Position numbers and translations under genes: made by a program
From: a virus
Length of the DNA stretch: 64,000 nt
Strand: one strand, 5' to 3'
IMG/VR virus record: IMGVR_UViG_3300025030_000086
Coordinates: 9,158 to 73,157 of that record
Notes under the pieces: model-generated
The model's database searches: none
What the model saw: the letters and a program-made list of their open reading frames with translations, nothing else
Told to the model about the DNA's origin: nothing
Part shown: positions 1 to 8,362 of the stretch, piece by piece
Layout: the number at the start of each line of letters is the position of its first letter
How positions within the stretch are numbered: position 1 is the stretch's first letter

Positions 1-226
1 TATTATATGTATCTACCGAAATATCGTCTGGATTATATTGGCCCGCATAGGATTGAATAGCACCTGCTATTTGAGATAAAGGCCCACCATGCTTGGATAA
101 TTCACCTTTTTCTACTTTTTTAGAAATAGAATTGGTGAAATCCTCCAGCAACTTTGCATCTTTTTCAAAGATTTTCTGTACTTGCTTTAGATTTGGTGAT
201 TTTTTTAAAGACTTAGTTTTTGGCAT
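1..226 (-). CDS. probable portal protein, 5' part (runs off window)
   Basis: Open frame from ATG at 226 (MPKTKSLKKS...AGQYNPDDISVDTYN) to the window edge. YNPDD resembles N-termini of phage portal proteins, and the gene lies near the terminase. Confidence 0.5.
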   Translation of the reverse strand, partial: MPKTKSLKKSPNLKQVQKIFEKDAKLLEDFTNSISKKVEKGELSKHGGPLSQIAGAIQSYAGQYNPDDISVDTYN

Positions 227-233
227 ATAAGAA

Positions 234-271
234 TATTATACACCATAAAACCTAAAAAAATAAACGGATTT
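234..271 (-). promoter_or_regulatory. putative phage-specific (late) promoter: CGTTTAT7AGGTT box plus TATAAT
   Basis: Minus strand AAATCCGTTTATTTTTTTAGGTTTTATGGTGTATAATA directly upstream of the portal ATG; the same box recurs at 1814-1850 and 1930-1965. Confidence 0.5.
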
Positions 272-703
272 TAGACAGAGTTTGGCTAAAAGTATATTTT
301 ATATGAGGAAAACACCTATAATAGATAAATTTTTACATATGGAGTGTATTAATACAAATTTTTCATATTCTAAGAGTCCTTTCAGGACTGATGTTTAATA
401 TTTAAAATCCTTTCAGGATAATTCCTTCAGTGGTTTTGACTTTGAATTAAAAGTTTTTAGAAAGACGAACGAAACTGTAAGAAACAGCAAAGCTGTTTAG
501 AAACAGTGTAGTTGAGTCAATAACAGAAAGTGTGTGAAACACACTTGAAGGCGTTAGTCCGAATAAATTATATAAATAAAGTAAAGTATAGTAAACATAA
601 TACGACCTGTATAATACTGCTAAATGGTTTAAAAACCATCTCCACTATTAGAAAGATATTTTGCTTGTTCGACTATTTTATATCCTAATAGTTTTCATAC
701 TCA

Positions 704-823
704 TTCCTATCAAATTAGACATAGGAATTTTAATGGTATGTCATTTTTGCTATCGCACCTTAGCCTAAACAGTCTCTATTTGAAACTGCCCAATAGCTTC
801 CTATCAAATGTAACATAGGAAGT
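704..823. repeat. duplicated hairpin TTCCTAT-caaat(N5)-ATAGGAA (704-727 and 798-821)
   Basis: Two near-identical 24-bp inverted repeats seen directly. Confidence 0.75.
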
Positions 824-829
824 TGCAAG

Positions 830-1486
830 TCATACAGGCACTTGATATTCAGTATATCTATGTGAATTTTTATAATGATTTTCTAATTTTTTAGCATTTG
901 TACAATAAGCATGACAAAATTTACATTGAAATTTCCTATTTTTGAGAGCTTTTTCATTCTTACAAGGATTTATTCTATTTGTAATAACTTTTATTATTTC
1001 AAAGATATTCATTTCTACTTGCTCATTAGTAAATCTTAATATTTCAACATGGAAGGCTCTTTTTAATGTTTTTTCTCTCTGGTAATCCTTCTCCTTCTGT
1101 TCTGTGCTTCTGTGATAACCACCATCAATCTCTACAACTAAATTTTGTTTTGGAAAATAAAAATCCGTGATATAAAAAAAATTGTGTTTTTTAAAGAAAA
1201 AACCTTTTTGAAAAATAAAAGAAGCTTTGCCAAAAGATTTAGTCAATTGAATGTTCATTAATTTTTCAGTATTAGTTGGATTTTTTCTTAATATTTGTAT
1301 TCTTTCTTTCATCAAAGAAACATTTTCATCTATGTAGGCTTGCTTTTTTGGCTTATTTAATTTAATTTTTGTAATATCAATTTTTTCTTTCTTTTCCTCT
1401 TTCTTAATTAAAAAAGTAGCATAATTATCATACCATCTATTTATTTGATACACTTTTGGCAGAGTCTTACTTATCATATTTCTCAC
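830..1486 (-). CDS. DUF559/Vsr-like endonuclease with C-terminal C2H2 zinc finger
   Basis: YITDFY..LVVEIDGGYH..KDYQRE..ILRFTN motif; C-terminal CKFC-x12-H-x4-H. Confidence 0.8.
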   Translation of the reverse strand: MRNMISKTLPKVYQINRWYDNYATFLIKKEEKKEKIDITKIKLNKPKKQAYIDENVSLMKERIQILRKNPTNTEKLMNIQLTKSFGKASFIFQKGFFFKKHNFFYITDFYFPKQNLVVEIDGGYHRSTEQKEKDYQREKTLKRAFHVEILRFTNEQVEMNIFEIIKVITNRINPCKNEKALKNRKFQCKFCHAYCTNAKKLENHYKNSHRYTEYQVPV

Positions 1487-1785
1487 TTTTTCTTATTTTT
1501 CTGTAACCATTCTCTCCAATAAGCAATTGTTCTTGTTGGTTTAACTTCTTGACCTTTTTCTTTCAAATATTTTATTTCTTCACTTGTTAAAAGTGGTATG
1601 TCATGCAAAGCTTCTACATATTTGCATTTATCACATCTATAAAATGTATGGAGATGTGGCTGAGGTAAATCTTCTAAGACTTCCATAGGAATATCAGATA
1701 TATCTATACCAGCTTTTAAAATATCAATATGTGGATAGATACTTATCTCCTCTATCTCTATATTGCATTTCTTACAATGTGTCAT
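1483..1785 (-). CDS. hypothetical protein, two CxxC pairs
   Basis: 100-aa ORF whose stop overlaps the next start; AGGA RBS. Confidence 0.6.
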   Translation of the reverse strand: MTHCKKCNIEIEEISIYPHIDILKAGIDISDIPMEVLEDLPQPHLHTFYRCDKCKYVEALHDIPLLTSEEIKYLKEKGQEVKPTRTIAYWREWLQKNKKK

Positions 1786-1813
1786 ACATTTCCTATTTTG
1801 AGATTACTTTTAT

Positions 1814-1850
1814 AGTATACTACAAAAATCTAAAAAAAATAAGCGTATTT
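1814..1850 (-). promoter_or_regulatory. putative phage-specific promoter, copy 2
   Basis: Minus strand AAATACGCTTATTTTTTTTAGATTTTTGTAGTATACT. Confidence 0.45.
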
Positions 1851-1853
1851 ATT

Positions 1854-1928
1854 TGGTTCACAGAATAGGGATCGAACCTATAACCTTTGATCCAAAGTCA
1901 AATATTTTACCAATTAAACTATCTGTGA
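1854..1928 (-). tRNA. tRNA-Gln(UUG)
   Basis: Full cloverleaf: TCACAGA/TCTGTGA acceptor, D loop with TGG, TTTGA-CTTTGGA-TCAAA anticodon arm, GGTTCGATCC T arm, encoded CCA. Confidence 0.95.
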
Positions 1929-1929
1929 T

Positions 1930-1965
1930 AAATCGTTTATTTTTTTAGGTTATATACTATATACT
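1930..1965 (+). promoter_or_regulatory. putative phage-specific promoter, copy 3, facing HNH-terminase operon
   Basis: AAATCGTTTATTTTTTTAGGTTATATACTATATACT. Confidence 0.45.
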
Positions 1966-2006
1966 ATATACTATATACTATATACTATATACTATATACT
2001 ATATAG
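1951..2006. repeat. 7-bp tandem repeat (TATATAC)x7 plus TATATAG
   Basis: Seen directly. Confidence 0.95.
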
Positions 2007-2063
2007 TATAAATGTATCAAAGTCAAGTCTTTACTTATTTTAGGAATGTGATATAATTAACTT

Positions 2064-2633
2064 ATGATATTAATTAAAAAATTAGGCACTCGGTTAGATA
2101 AAAATGGTAAAAAACAAAGTTGGGCTATATTTAAATGTCCTAAATGTCTACAGGAAGTTGTGAGATTATTGGGGAGTGGGGATAGTCAAAAATCCTGTGG
2201 GTGTTATACAAATGTAAAGCATAAAGGAAGTTATACAAGATTATATAATACTTGGGCTATGATGAAACAAAGATGTTTAAATCCAAATGTAAAACAATTT
2301 AAAAATTATGGTGGTAGAGGTATAACTATATGCAATGAATGGTCAAATTTCACCCCTTTCAGGGATTGGTCACTAAATAATGGATATGCAGATAATCTAC
2401 AAATAAACAGAATAAATAATGATGGTAATTATGAACCAAGTAATTGTGAGTGGATTTCTCATAAAGAAAATGCAAGACATAGAAGAGGACAGAAAATAAA
2501 TATGGAAAAAGCTAATGAAATTAGGGCTTTGTGGAATACAGGAAATTACACACAGAAAGAATTAGCTGAAAAGTATAATGTAAATAGAATAACAATTTCT
2601 AAAATAATAAATAATAAAACATGGAAAAATTAA
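2064..2633 (+). CDS. HNH-type homing endonuclease (Zn-ribbon, YGGRGI HNH domain, C-terminal HTH)
   Basis: CxxC..KSCGC, YGGRGITIC.EW, INRINNDGNYEPSNC, TQKELAEKYNV HTH. Confidence 0.85.
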   Translation: MILIKKLGTRLDKNGKKQSWAIFKCPKCLQEVVRLLGSGDSQKSCGCYTNVKHKGSYTRLYNTWAMMKQRCLNPNVKQFKNYGGRGITICNEWSNFTPFRDWSLNNGYADNLQINRINNDGNYEPSNCEWISHKENARHRRGQKINMEKANEIRALWNTGNYTQKELAEKYNVNRITISKIINNKTWKN

Positions 2634-4214
2634 ATGCTTATTAAAAAGAAAAAAATACTTCCTCCTGAATTAAATGAAGATAATCTTAGACGTTACGTAA
2701 AGAACCGGATGGATTTTAGACGGGAGCAGTTTGTATTAGAACCATCTCTTGATTTTCCAGAAGGGGGTTTATTTGGAGACTTGTGTCAGCAATGGCAGAT
2801 AGACTATATATTTAAGCCAATTGATTTGAGAGATGAAAAAGGATTTCCATCTTACAGATTGCTTTATATTGGTTTACCTAAGAAATTTGGGAAAACAGCT
2901 CTTTTGGGGGGTGAGTGTCTTGTTCAACTATTACTTTCACCCAGACCAACAGAGGAGAATTATATTTTATCAGGAGACAAGTTTCAAGCCGCTTATTTAT
3001 TACAAAAAATTAAGGATTTTATAGCTCGTAATCCTAATTTTGTTGATTTATTCACAATATATAAAAATGAAATAATCGTACCAAGCACGGGTGCAATGAT
3101 TCAAGTAATGAGTTCAGAAGCCTCATCCAAGCAGGGGCGTAACCCAGACTTCTACATTTTTGATGAATTTTGGAATCAGCCAAATAGAGATTTATTTGAT
3201 ACTATGTTCTTGGGGCAAGCAGCCAAACCCTCGTCTCAAGGGATTATAATTACAAATACGGGTTACGACAAAAAGTCAATTTGTTGGGAAACACATGAAT
3301 TATGTCGAAGTGGCGATTTTAAAAACTTTTATTTCTTTGAACCAACTGGGGTGTTGCTTGAATCTTTAAAAACTCCTTGGATTTCAGAACAATGGTTTGA
3401 AATAGAACGTAAATCCATGCCCCCAAAAGTATTTAACCGATTTCGTAAAAACCTCTGGGTTGATGAGGGAGAACATCCTTTTATGCCAGATGAAGGATGG
3501 AAATGTTTTAAATCATATCTTTCAGAAAAATCCATATGTTATAAAGGCCCTCATTATGTAGGAATAGACCTTGGATTAAAAAAGGATGCAGCTTCTTTAA
3601 CAGTTCTCCATAGAGCAGGAAGAAAATTGGAAGGGGACATGTTTAGGAGATGGTTAGGTAGTTCAGAAAATCCTGTAAAGATAAGTGAAATAGAAGATGA
3701 ATTGATAATGATATTAAGAAATTTCCATGACTGTGTTTTAGTTTGTGATCCCTGGCAATTAATGGGAACTATACAAAGATTCAGGAGTGTTGGCATTGAG
3801 GTCATTGAATTTTATTTAACAGCAGAGAATATTGGAAAATTAAGTCGTAACTTATTTTACCTATTTAAAAATCAATCCTTAGATTTGCCAAAATATTCAA
3901 AACTTGAAGATGAATTGAAAGGACTACAAGTAGTTGAGAAAAGTTATGGATGGAGGATTGACCATAGTGAGGATACAAGTAGTGATATTACAATGGGTTT
4001 AGGTATGGCTGCGGTCGTTGCAATGGAACGTGGGATTGATACCTATAGCGGAAAAGATTTAGCGGATTTGGGTTTCTTGAATCAAAAATCTATTTTTAAA
4101 TCAGGTGAAAAAAGAGATTTTATGGAAAAAATTGAAATTATAGAAAATAAAGTAGATGTGGATAAAACTAATGCAGGCCCAAAAGTGTTTAGCTTTTCTA
4201 AGAGGCAATTTTAA
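2634..4214 (+). CDS. terL: terminase large subunit
   Basis: Walker A LPKKFGKT, Walker B YIFDE, coupling motif ITNTG, RNase H-like nuclease VGIDLG..D; 526 aa. Confidence 0.9.
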   Translation: MLIKKKKILPPELNEDNLRRYVKNRMDFRREQFVLEPSLDFPEGGLFGDLCQQWQIDYIFKPIDLRDEKGFPSYRLLYIGLPKKFGKTALLGGECLVQLLLSPRPTEENYILSGDKFQAAYLLQKIKDFIARNPNFVDLFTIYKNEIIVPSTGAMIQVMSSEASSKQGRNPDFYIFDEFWNQPNRDLFDTMFLGQAAKPSSQGIIITNTGYDKKSICWETHELCRSGDFKNFYFFEPTGVLLESLKTPWISEQWFEIERKSMPPKVFNRFRKNLWVDEGEHPFMPDEGWKCFKSYLSEKSICYKGPHYVGIDLGLKKDAASLTVLHRAGRKLEGDMFRRWLGSSENPVKISEIEDELIMILRNFHDCVLVCDPWQLMGTIQRFRSVGIEVIEFYLTAENIGKLSRNLFYLFKNQSLDLPKYSKLEDELKGLQVVEKSYGWRIDHSEDTSSDITMGLGMAAVVAMERGIDTYSGKDLADLGFLNQKSIFKSGEKRDFMEKIEIIENKVDVDKTNAGPKVFSFSKRQF

Positions 4215-4672
4215 TGAAGTTAATGAAAGACTTAGGTATAAGGTTAATTAAAGGGCATTGGTTTAGGTATGCTATATTTAAATGCTCTGAATGTTTACAA
4301 GAAGTTGAAAGACAAACAAGTGCAGGAAAAATAACAAAATCTTGTGGTTGTGTTAGATACTCAGAAAATAAAAAGAATTATAAACATGGGTTTTCAAAAA
4401 CAAAATTATATATGATTTGGAATAATATGAAACAAAGAGTTTTAAATCCTAAAAGAGATAATTATAAATATTACGGTGGAAGAGGAATAACAATATGTCC
4501 AGAATGGACAGATAAGTTAAATGGATTCATTACTTTTAGAGATTGGGCACTAAGTAATGAGTATGCAGACAACTTAGTTATTGATAGAATAAATCCAGAT
4601 GGTAATTATGAGCCATCTAATTGTAGATTTTTAACTATTGAGGAAAGCAATAGAAATAAGAGAAAGAATTAA
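4214..4672 (+). CDS. HNH-type homing endonuclease (no C-terminal HTH)
   Basis: KSCGC, YYGGRGITICPEW, IDRINPDGNYEPSNC. Confidence 0.85.
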   Translation: MKLMKDLGIRLIKGHWFRYAIFKCSECLQEVERQTSAGKITKSCGCVRYSENKKNYKHGFSKTKLYMIWNNMKQRVLNPKRDNYKYYGGRGITICPEWTDKLNGFITFRDWALSNEYADNLVIDRINPDGNYEPSNCRFLTIEESNRNKRKN

Positions 4673-4690
4673 AAAAGAAATTATTTTATT

Positions 4691-5089
4691 ATGGATAAAC
4701 AAGAATTTTTATGGCTTAGAAAAACTGATGACCAAAAAATAGAAACTATTAGAGAATACTTTTTAAAACCAAAAATATTATTAATAGAGAATCTTATTAA
4801 ATTAACAAAAAAGAACATAAAACAGTGTGGAGAAAAAATTGGATACTTACAAGAAATCTGTGACCAAGAAGAAATTGTGGTTACAAAAACAAAGATTAAA
4901 GAAATTAAGGCGAAGATTGAAGAAATACAGAGAAAAATTAAGAATGTTAAAGCTAAAAGGGGATATAAAGATAAGAAACTTAAAAGATTATTGGCGGCTG
5001 AATGGTCAGAGAAAGAAGAGTATTTAACAGATATGGAAGTCATGAATTATATAAGATATGGTGGGAAGAGAAAAATAAATGAATTATAA
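4691..5089 (+). CDS. hypothetical coiled-coil protein
   Basis: 132-aa ORF in operon orientation. Confidence 0.6.
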   Translation: MDKQEFLWLRKTDDQKIETIREYFLKPKILLIENLIKLTKKNIKQCGEKIGYLQEICDQEEIVVTKTKIKEIKAKIEEIQRKIKNVKAKRGYKDKKLKRLLAAEWSEKEEYLTDMEVMNYIRYGGKRKINEL

Positions 5090-5190
5090 ACATGGAGGTA
5101 AAGGAACTAAATTATATAGAACTTGGGAAAATGGGAATTAAAAATTGGAAAATTACTTGACAGATGAGGAAGTCATAAGGTATATTAGAT

Positions 5191-5877
5191 ATGGGAGAAA
5201 AAGAAAAAATGGATGAAGAAGAGTTTATTAATAAATTTCCTGAAGAAGAACAAACTGAAATTAGAAAAGATTTAGAAAATCTTGCAGAGGAAAATGAAAA
5301 ACTTATAGAAGAATTTACAGAAGACACTGATACTACAGATAAAAAGGTTGTTGGAAGACCCCCTGGTATTCCGGCTTCATCTGCACAGAAAGAAGCAGTA
5401 AGCAAAGCTGCAAAGAAATATCAACAAGACCTAAGAGATGGTTTAATTGAGAAACCTGCGTGGGAAACTCATGGTGCATATAGTTATATGAGTGGTGGTA
5501 GAGTTCCTAAAAAGAAAAGATATTTACTTGACTTTGTTCATAAGGAAAGAGAGAAATGGTTAGATGAATTAGGTGGGGAAGACAATCTTACCTCAATAGA
5601 AATAGCAATGCTTGATGAAGCAAGCCGTTTGTTGCTGTTTTCAACAATGGTAAATGATTACCTTTTATCTGATAAAGATACAGATGTTGTATATAAAGAT
5701 AGTGAAGGTGATATTAAAATGCACACTGGGTTATCTCGTCACTATTTATCCTTCACCAAAACATATATACAAATTTTAAAAGAATTACAAAAAATTGCTA
5801 CAACAAAAACAAAGAAAAAGGGTGGTTCAAAAAAAGACAGTGCAAGTATTTTGCAAAAGTTATATAAGGAAAATTAG
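5191..5877 (+). CDS. putative terminase small subunit
   Basis: GRP and W.THGAYS motifs followed by a helical region, as in many TerS; near terL. Confidence 0.45.
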   Translation: MGEKEKMDEEEFINKFPEEEQTEIRKDLENLAEENEKLIEEFTEDTDTTDKKVVGRPPGIPASSAQKEAVSKAAKKYQQDLRDGLIEKPAWETHGAYSYMSGGRVPKKKRYLLDFVHKEREKWLDELGGEDNLTSIEIAMLDEASRLLLFSTMVNDYLLSDKDTDVVYKDSEGDIKMHTGLSRHYLSFTKTYIQILKELQKIATTKTKKKGGSKKDSASILQKLYKEN

Positions 5878-5879
5878 AA

Positions 5880-6164
5880 ATGTTTGATAGAGAAAATTTT
5901 CAAACAATTACAAAATTACATTTGGAGAGGTACAAAATTTTGAAAGAAGCCAAACAGTATGAAGAATGTATCAAAGAGCTTGAGCAGATAATAACTCTTA
6001 TGAGCGAAGCCATAGTAACAATTTTTGGAAAATCCAAGGTAAATTACACAAAACCAAATCTCATTTTATCAGAAGGTATTAAAAATATTACATTAGATGA
6101 TGTTTTAAATCCCCATAATACAATAACTATTGATGCTGAAGGCAATCTAAAAATAAGGAAATAA
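5880..6164 (+). CDS. hypothetical protein
   Basis: 94-aa ORF packed in operon. Confidence 0.6.
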   Translation: MFDRENFQTITKLHLERYKILKEAKQYEECIKELEQIITLMSEAIVTIFGKSKVNYTKPNLILSEGIKNITLDDVLNPHNTITIDAEGNLKIRK

Positions 6165-6181
6165 GGAAATAAGGAAAATAT

Positions 6182-6799
6182 ATGAATATAGGATTTGATT
6201 TAGACGGGGTTTTGGCTAACTTTCATTATGGATTTTCTAAAATAGCAAATGAATTATTTGGTTCTCCTATAGTTAAGGATATTAATGAAGTTAAAGCTTA
6301 TAGGTGGGAGGACTGGGGTTATCCATTGGATAAGAAACAACATAATAAAGTATGGAGAGAAATAGATTCAAATACTAATGATTTTTGGTTAGATTTACAA
6401 CCATTGGTTGAAAATACTATTTTTGAAAGAATGAAAAAGATGGAAAAAGAAAACTGTAACTTTTTCTTTATTACTTCTCGTAAAAATACAGCAGGGAAAA
6501 GTGCATTATCACAGACAAAAGATTGGATAGAGAGTTGCACAGCTTTAAAGAATTTTTCCGTAATTCCTTCTCACAGGAAGGGTGGTATATTAGATAGAGC
6601 TGAAATAGATTATTTTATTGATGATTTACCAGAAAATGTAATTGAGGCTGCTATAGAAGCCCCGAAATGTAAATCTTTCCTTTTGGTTAGACCATACAAT
6701 TCATATGCTCTTGAGTTTATTAAAAAATCTCATAAATTTAAAAATATTGGGATAGTATATAGTGTAGGTGAGTTTTTAGACATCGTGGAACAACATTAA
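6182..6799 (+). CDS. HAD-family 5'(3')-deoxyribonucleotidase-like protein
   Basis: IGFDLDGVLA, FITSR, FIDD, RPYN motifs. Confidence 0.85.
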   Translation: MNIGFDLDGVLANFHYGFSKIANELFGSPIVKDINEVKAYRWEDWGYPLDKKQHNKVWREIDSNTNDFWLDLQPLVENTIFERMKKMEKENCNFFFITSRKNTAGKSALSQTKDWIESCTALKNFSVIPSHRKGGILDRAEIDYFIDDLPENVIEAAIEAPKCKSFLLVRPYNSYALEFIKKSHKFKNIGIVYSVGEFLDIVEQH

Positions 6800-6917
6800 A
6801 AGTGGCTATTCAGAATAGGAGAAAAGCTATTGGTATTGATTTAGGTTATTCAGATATTCAGGATAGGAAATTACAAAATATACAAATAAAATTGCTTAAA
6901 ATTGGAGGAGGATAGAA

Positions 6918-7622
6918 ATGACACATGATGGACATCATTACAGTCAGGATTGTAATTGTACTACTTGTTTTATGAATAGAGTAAAAACAACAAGAAAGTA
7001 TGTTAATAAAGCTATGGCAGGAGAAAAAACAGATATAATTAAAATGGAAACTATAGAAGGTACTAAACTTGAGGATGATGGGGAAGACGGGTGCTACATA
7101 GATTATGAAGATTTACATAAAAAGAGGTATAATAAATCAAATTCACCAGAAGAACCTGTATTAATTAAACATCCAACATATAATAATGGATTAGCATATG
7201 ATAAACACTTAGAATTAAATTCACATATAAATGAGATAGACAATAATTCAATTCCAATATATGTGAACAATGACCAAATTAGAAAGTTTGATAGTGGGGC
7301 AACACGAGACACTTCAGAAGGTAAAATAGATTTTGAAGGTTTTATATCACCAATAGTTTTAGAAGAATTTGGAAAATATATGCTGAAGCATCAGAAACAA
7401 TCAAATGGGGAATTGAGACCCTCCGACAATTGGCAGAAGGGGATGCCGAGAGATGTTTATATGAAATCTGCTTGGAGACACTTTCATGACTGGTGGATGG
7501 AACATAGAGGATATGATTCAAGAGAGGGGATGAAGGATGCTTTAAACGGTCTACTATTCAATTTGATGGGCTACATGCATGAATTGCTTTTAGAAGAAAG
7601 GAAAAATAATGAATCTAAATAG
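6918..7622 (+). CDS. dATP/dGTP diphosphohydrolase-domain (DUF5664-like) protein
   Basis: C-terminal RKFDSGATRD..GK..NWQKGMP..SAWRH. Confidence 0.7.
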   Translation: MTHDGHHYSQDCNCTTCFMNRVKTTRKYVNKAMAGEKTDIIKMETIEGTKLEDDGEDGCYIDYEDLHKKRYNKSNSPEEPVLIKHPTYNNGLAYDKHLELNSHINEIDNNSIPIYVNNDQIRKFDSGATRDTSEGKIDFEGFISPIVLEEFGKYMLKHQKQSNGELRPSDNWQKGMPRDVYMKSAWRHFHDWWMEHRGYDSREGMKDALNGLLFNLMGYMHELLLEERKNNESK

Positions 7623-8361
7623 ACAACGATTAGAAGTAAAAAAAGGAAAAGAATATGCTGAATTGGTTTTTATAGGAGATGTTCACTATGGGTCTAAACA
7701 ATGCAATGTTGAAAAGTTTGAAAAAATATTACAATATTGTTTAGAAAATGAGTTATATATATTTTGTATGGGTGATATGATAGAATCAAATTCAAGGCAC
7801 TCTGTTGGAGCTGGTGTATATGAACAAATATCTCCACAGAAGCAAATAGAGGATATTTCAGAATATCTCAGACCATTGGCAGAAAAGAATCTTATTGTAG
7901 GTTATCTTACAGGAAATCATGAGTCCAGGGTGAATAAAGAATTGGGTATAGATATATCCAAAATTATTTGTAAAGAGTTAAAAATACCTTACTTAGGTTA
8001 TGCAGGTTGGTCATTGTTCTATGTTGGCAATCAAAGTTATTCACTTTATTCCACGCATGGAGCTTCTTCAGCTACATTAAAGCATACGAAATTAAAAGCC
8101 ATACTTGATATAGCTAAATCTTTTGAAGCAGATATAGTTACTTGTGGACATGTGCATGATATAATTATAGATAGTGCAGAATATCAAAAAGTAAATAAGA
8201 AAAGAAAAATCGTAGATACAAGAAAATCCTATGTAATTGTCACAGGGCATTATTATAACTATGGTGGATATGCTCAGGAAAAAGGTTATTCTTTGACAAA
8301 GATGGGTAGTCCCAAAGTAAAGCTTTTTGGAGACAAATTTGACATCCACGTTAGCGTTTAA
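7609..8361 (+). CDS. calcineurin-like metallophosphoesterase
   Basis: GDVHYG, MGDMIE, GNHE, THG, GHVH motifs. Confidence 0.85.
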   Translation: MNLNRQRLEVKKGKEYAELVFIGDVHYGSKQCNVEKFEKILQYCLENELYIFCMGDMIESNSRHSVGAGVYEQISPQKQIEDISEYLRPLAEKNLIVGYLTGNHESRVNKELGIDISKIICKELKIPYLGYAGWSLFYVGNQSYSLYSTHGASSATLKHTKLKAILDIAKSFEADIVTCGHVHDIIIDSAEYQKVNKKRKIVDTRKSYVIVTGHYYNYGGYAQEKGYSLTKMGSPKVKLFGDKFDIHVSV

Positions 8362-8362
8362 A

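Noticed and set aside
598-613. T7-like promoter TAATACGAC
   Set aside because: A single partial match, with no single-subunit RNA polymerase in the window.
660-790. Group I intron core (GAGACUG and UAGUCG resemble P7)
   Set aside because: The flanking P7 pair would be G-G, no P3-P6 could be built, and no interrupted gene flanks the region.
6918-7622. Z-genome (PurZ) cluster
   Set aside because: No PurZ/adenylosuccinate synthetase homolog or HD-domain dATPase is in the window.
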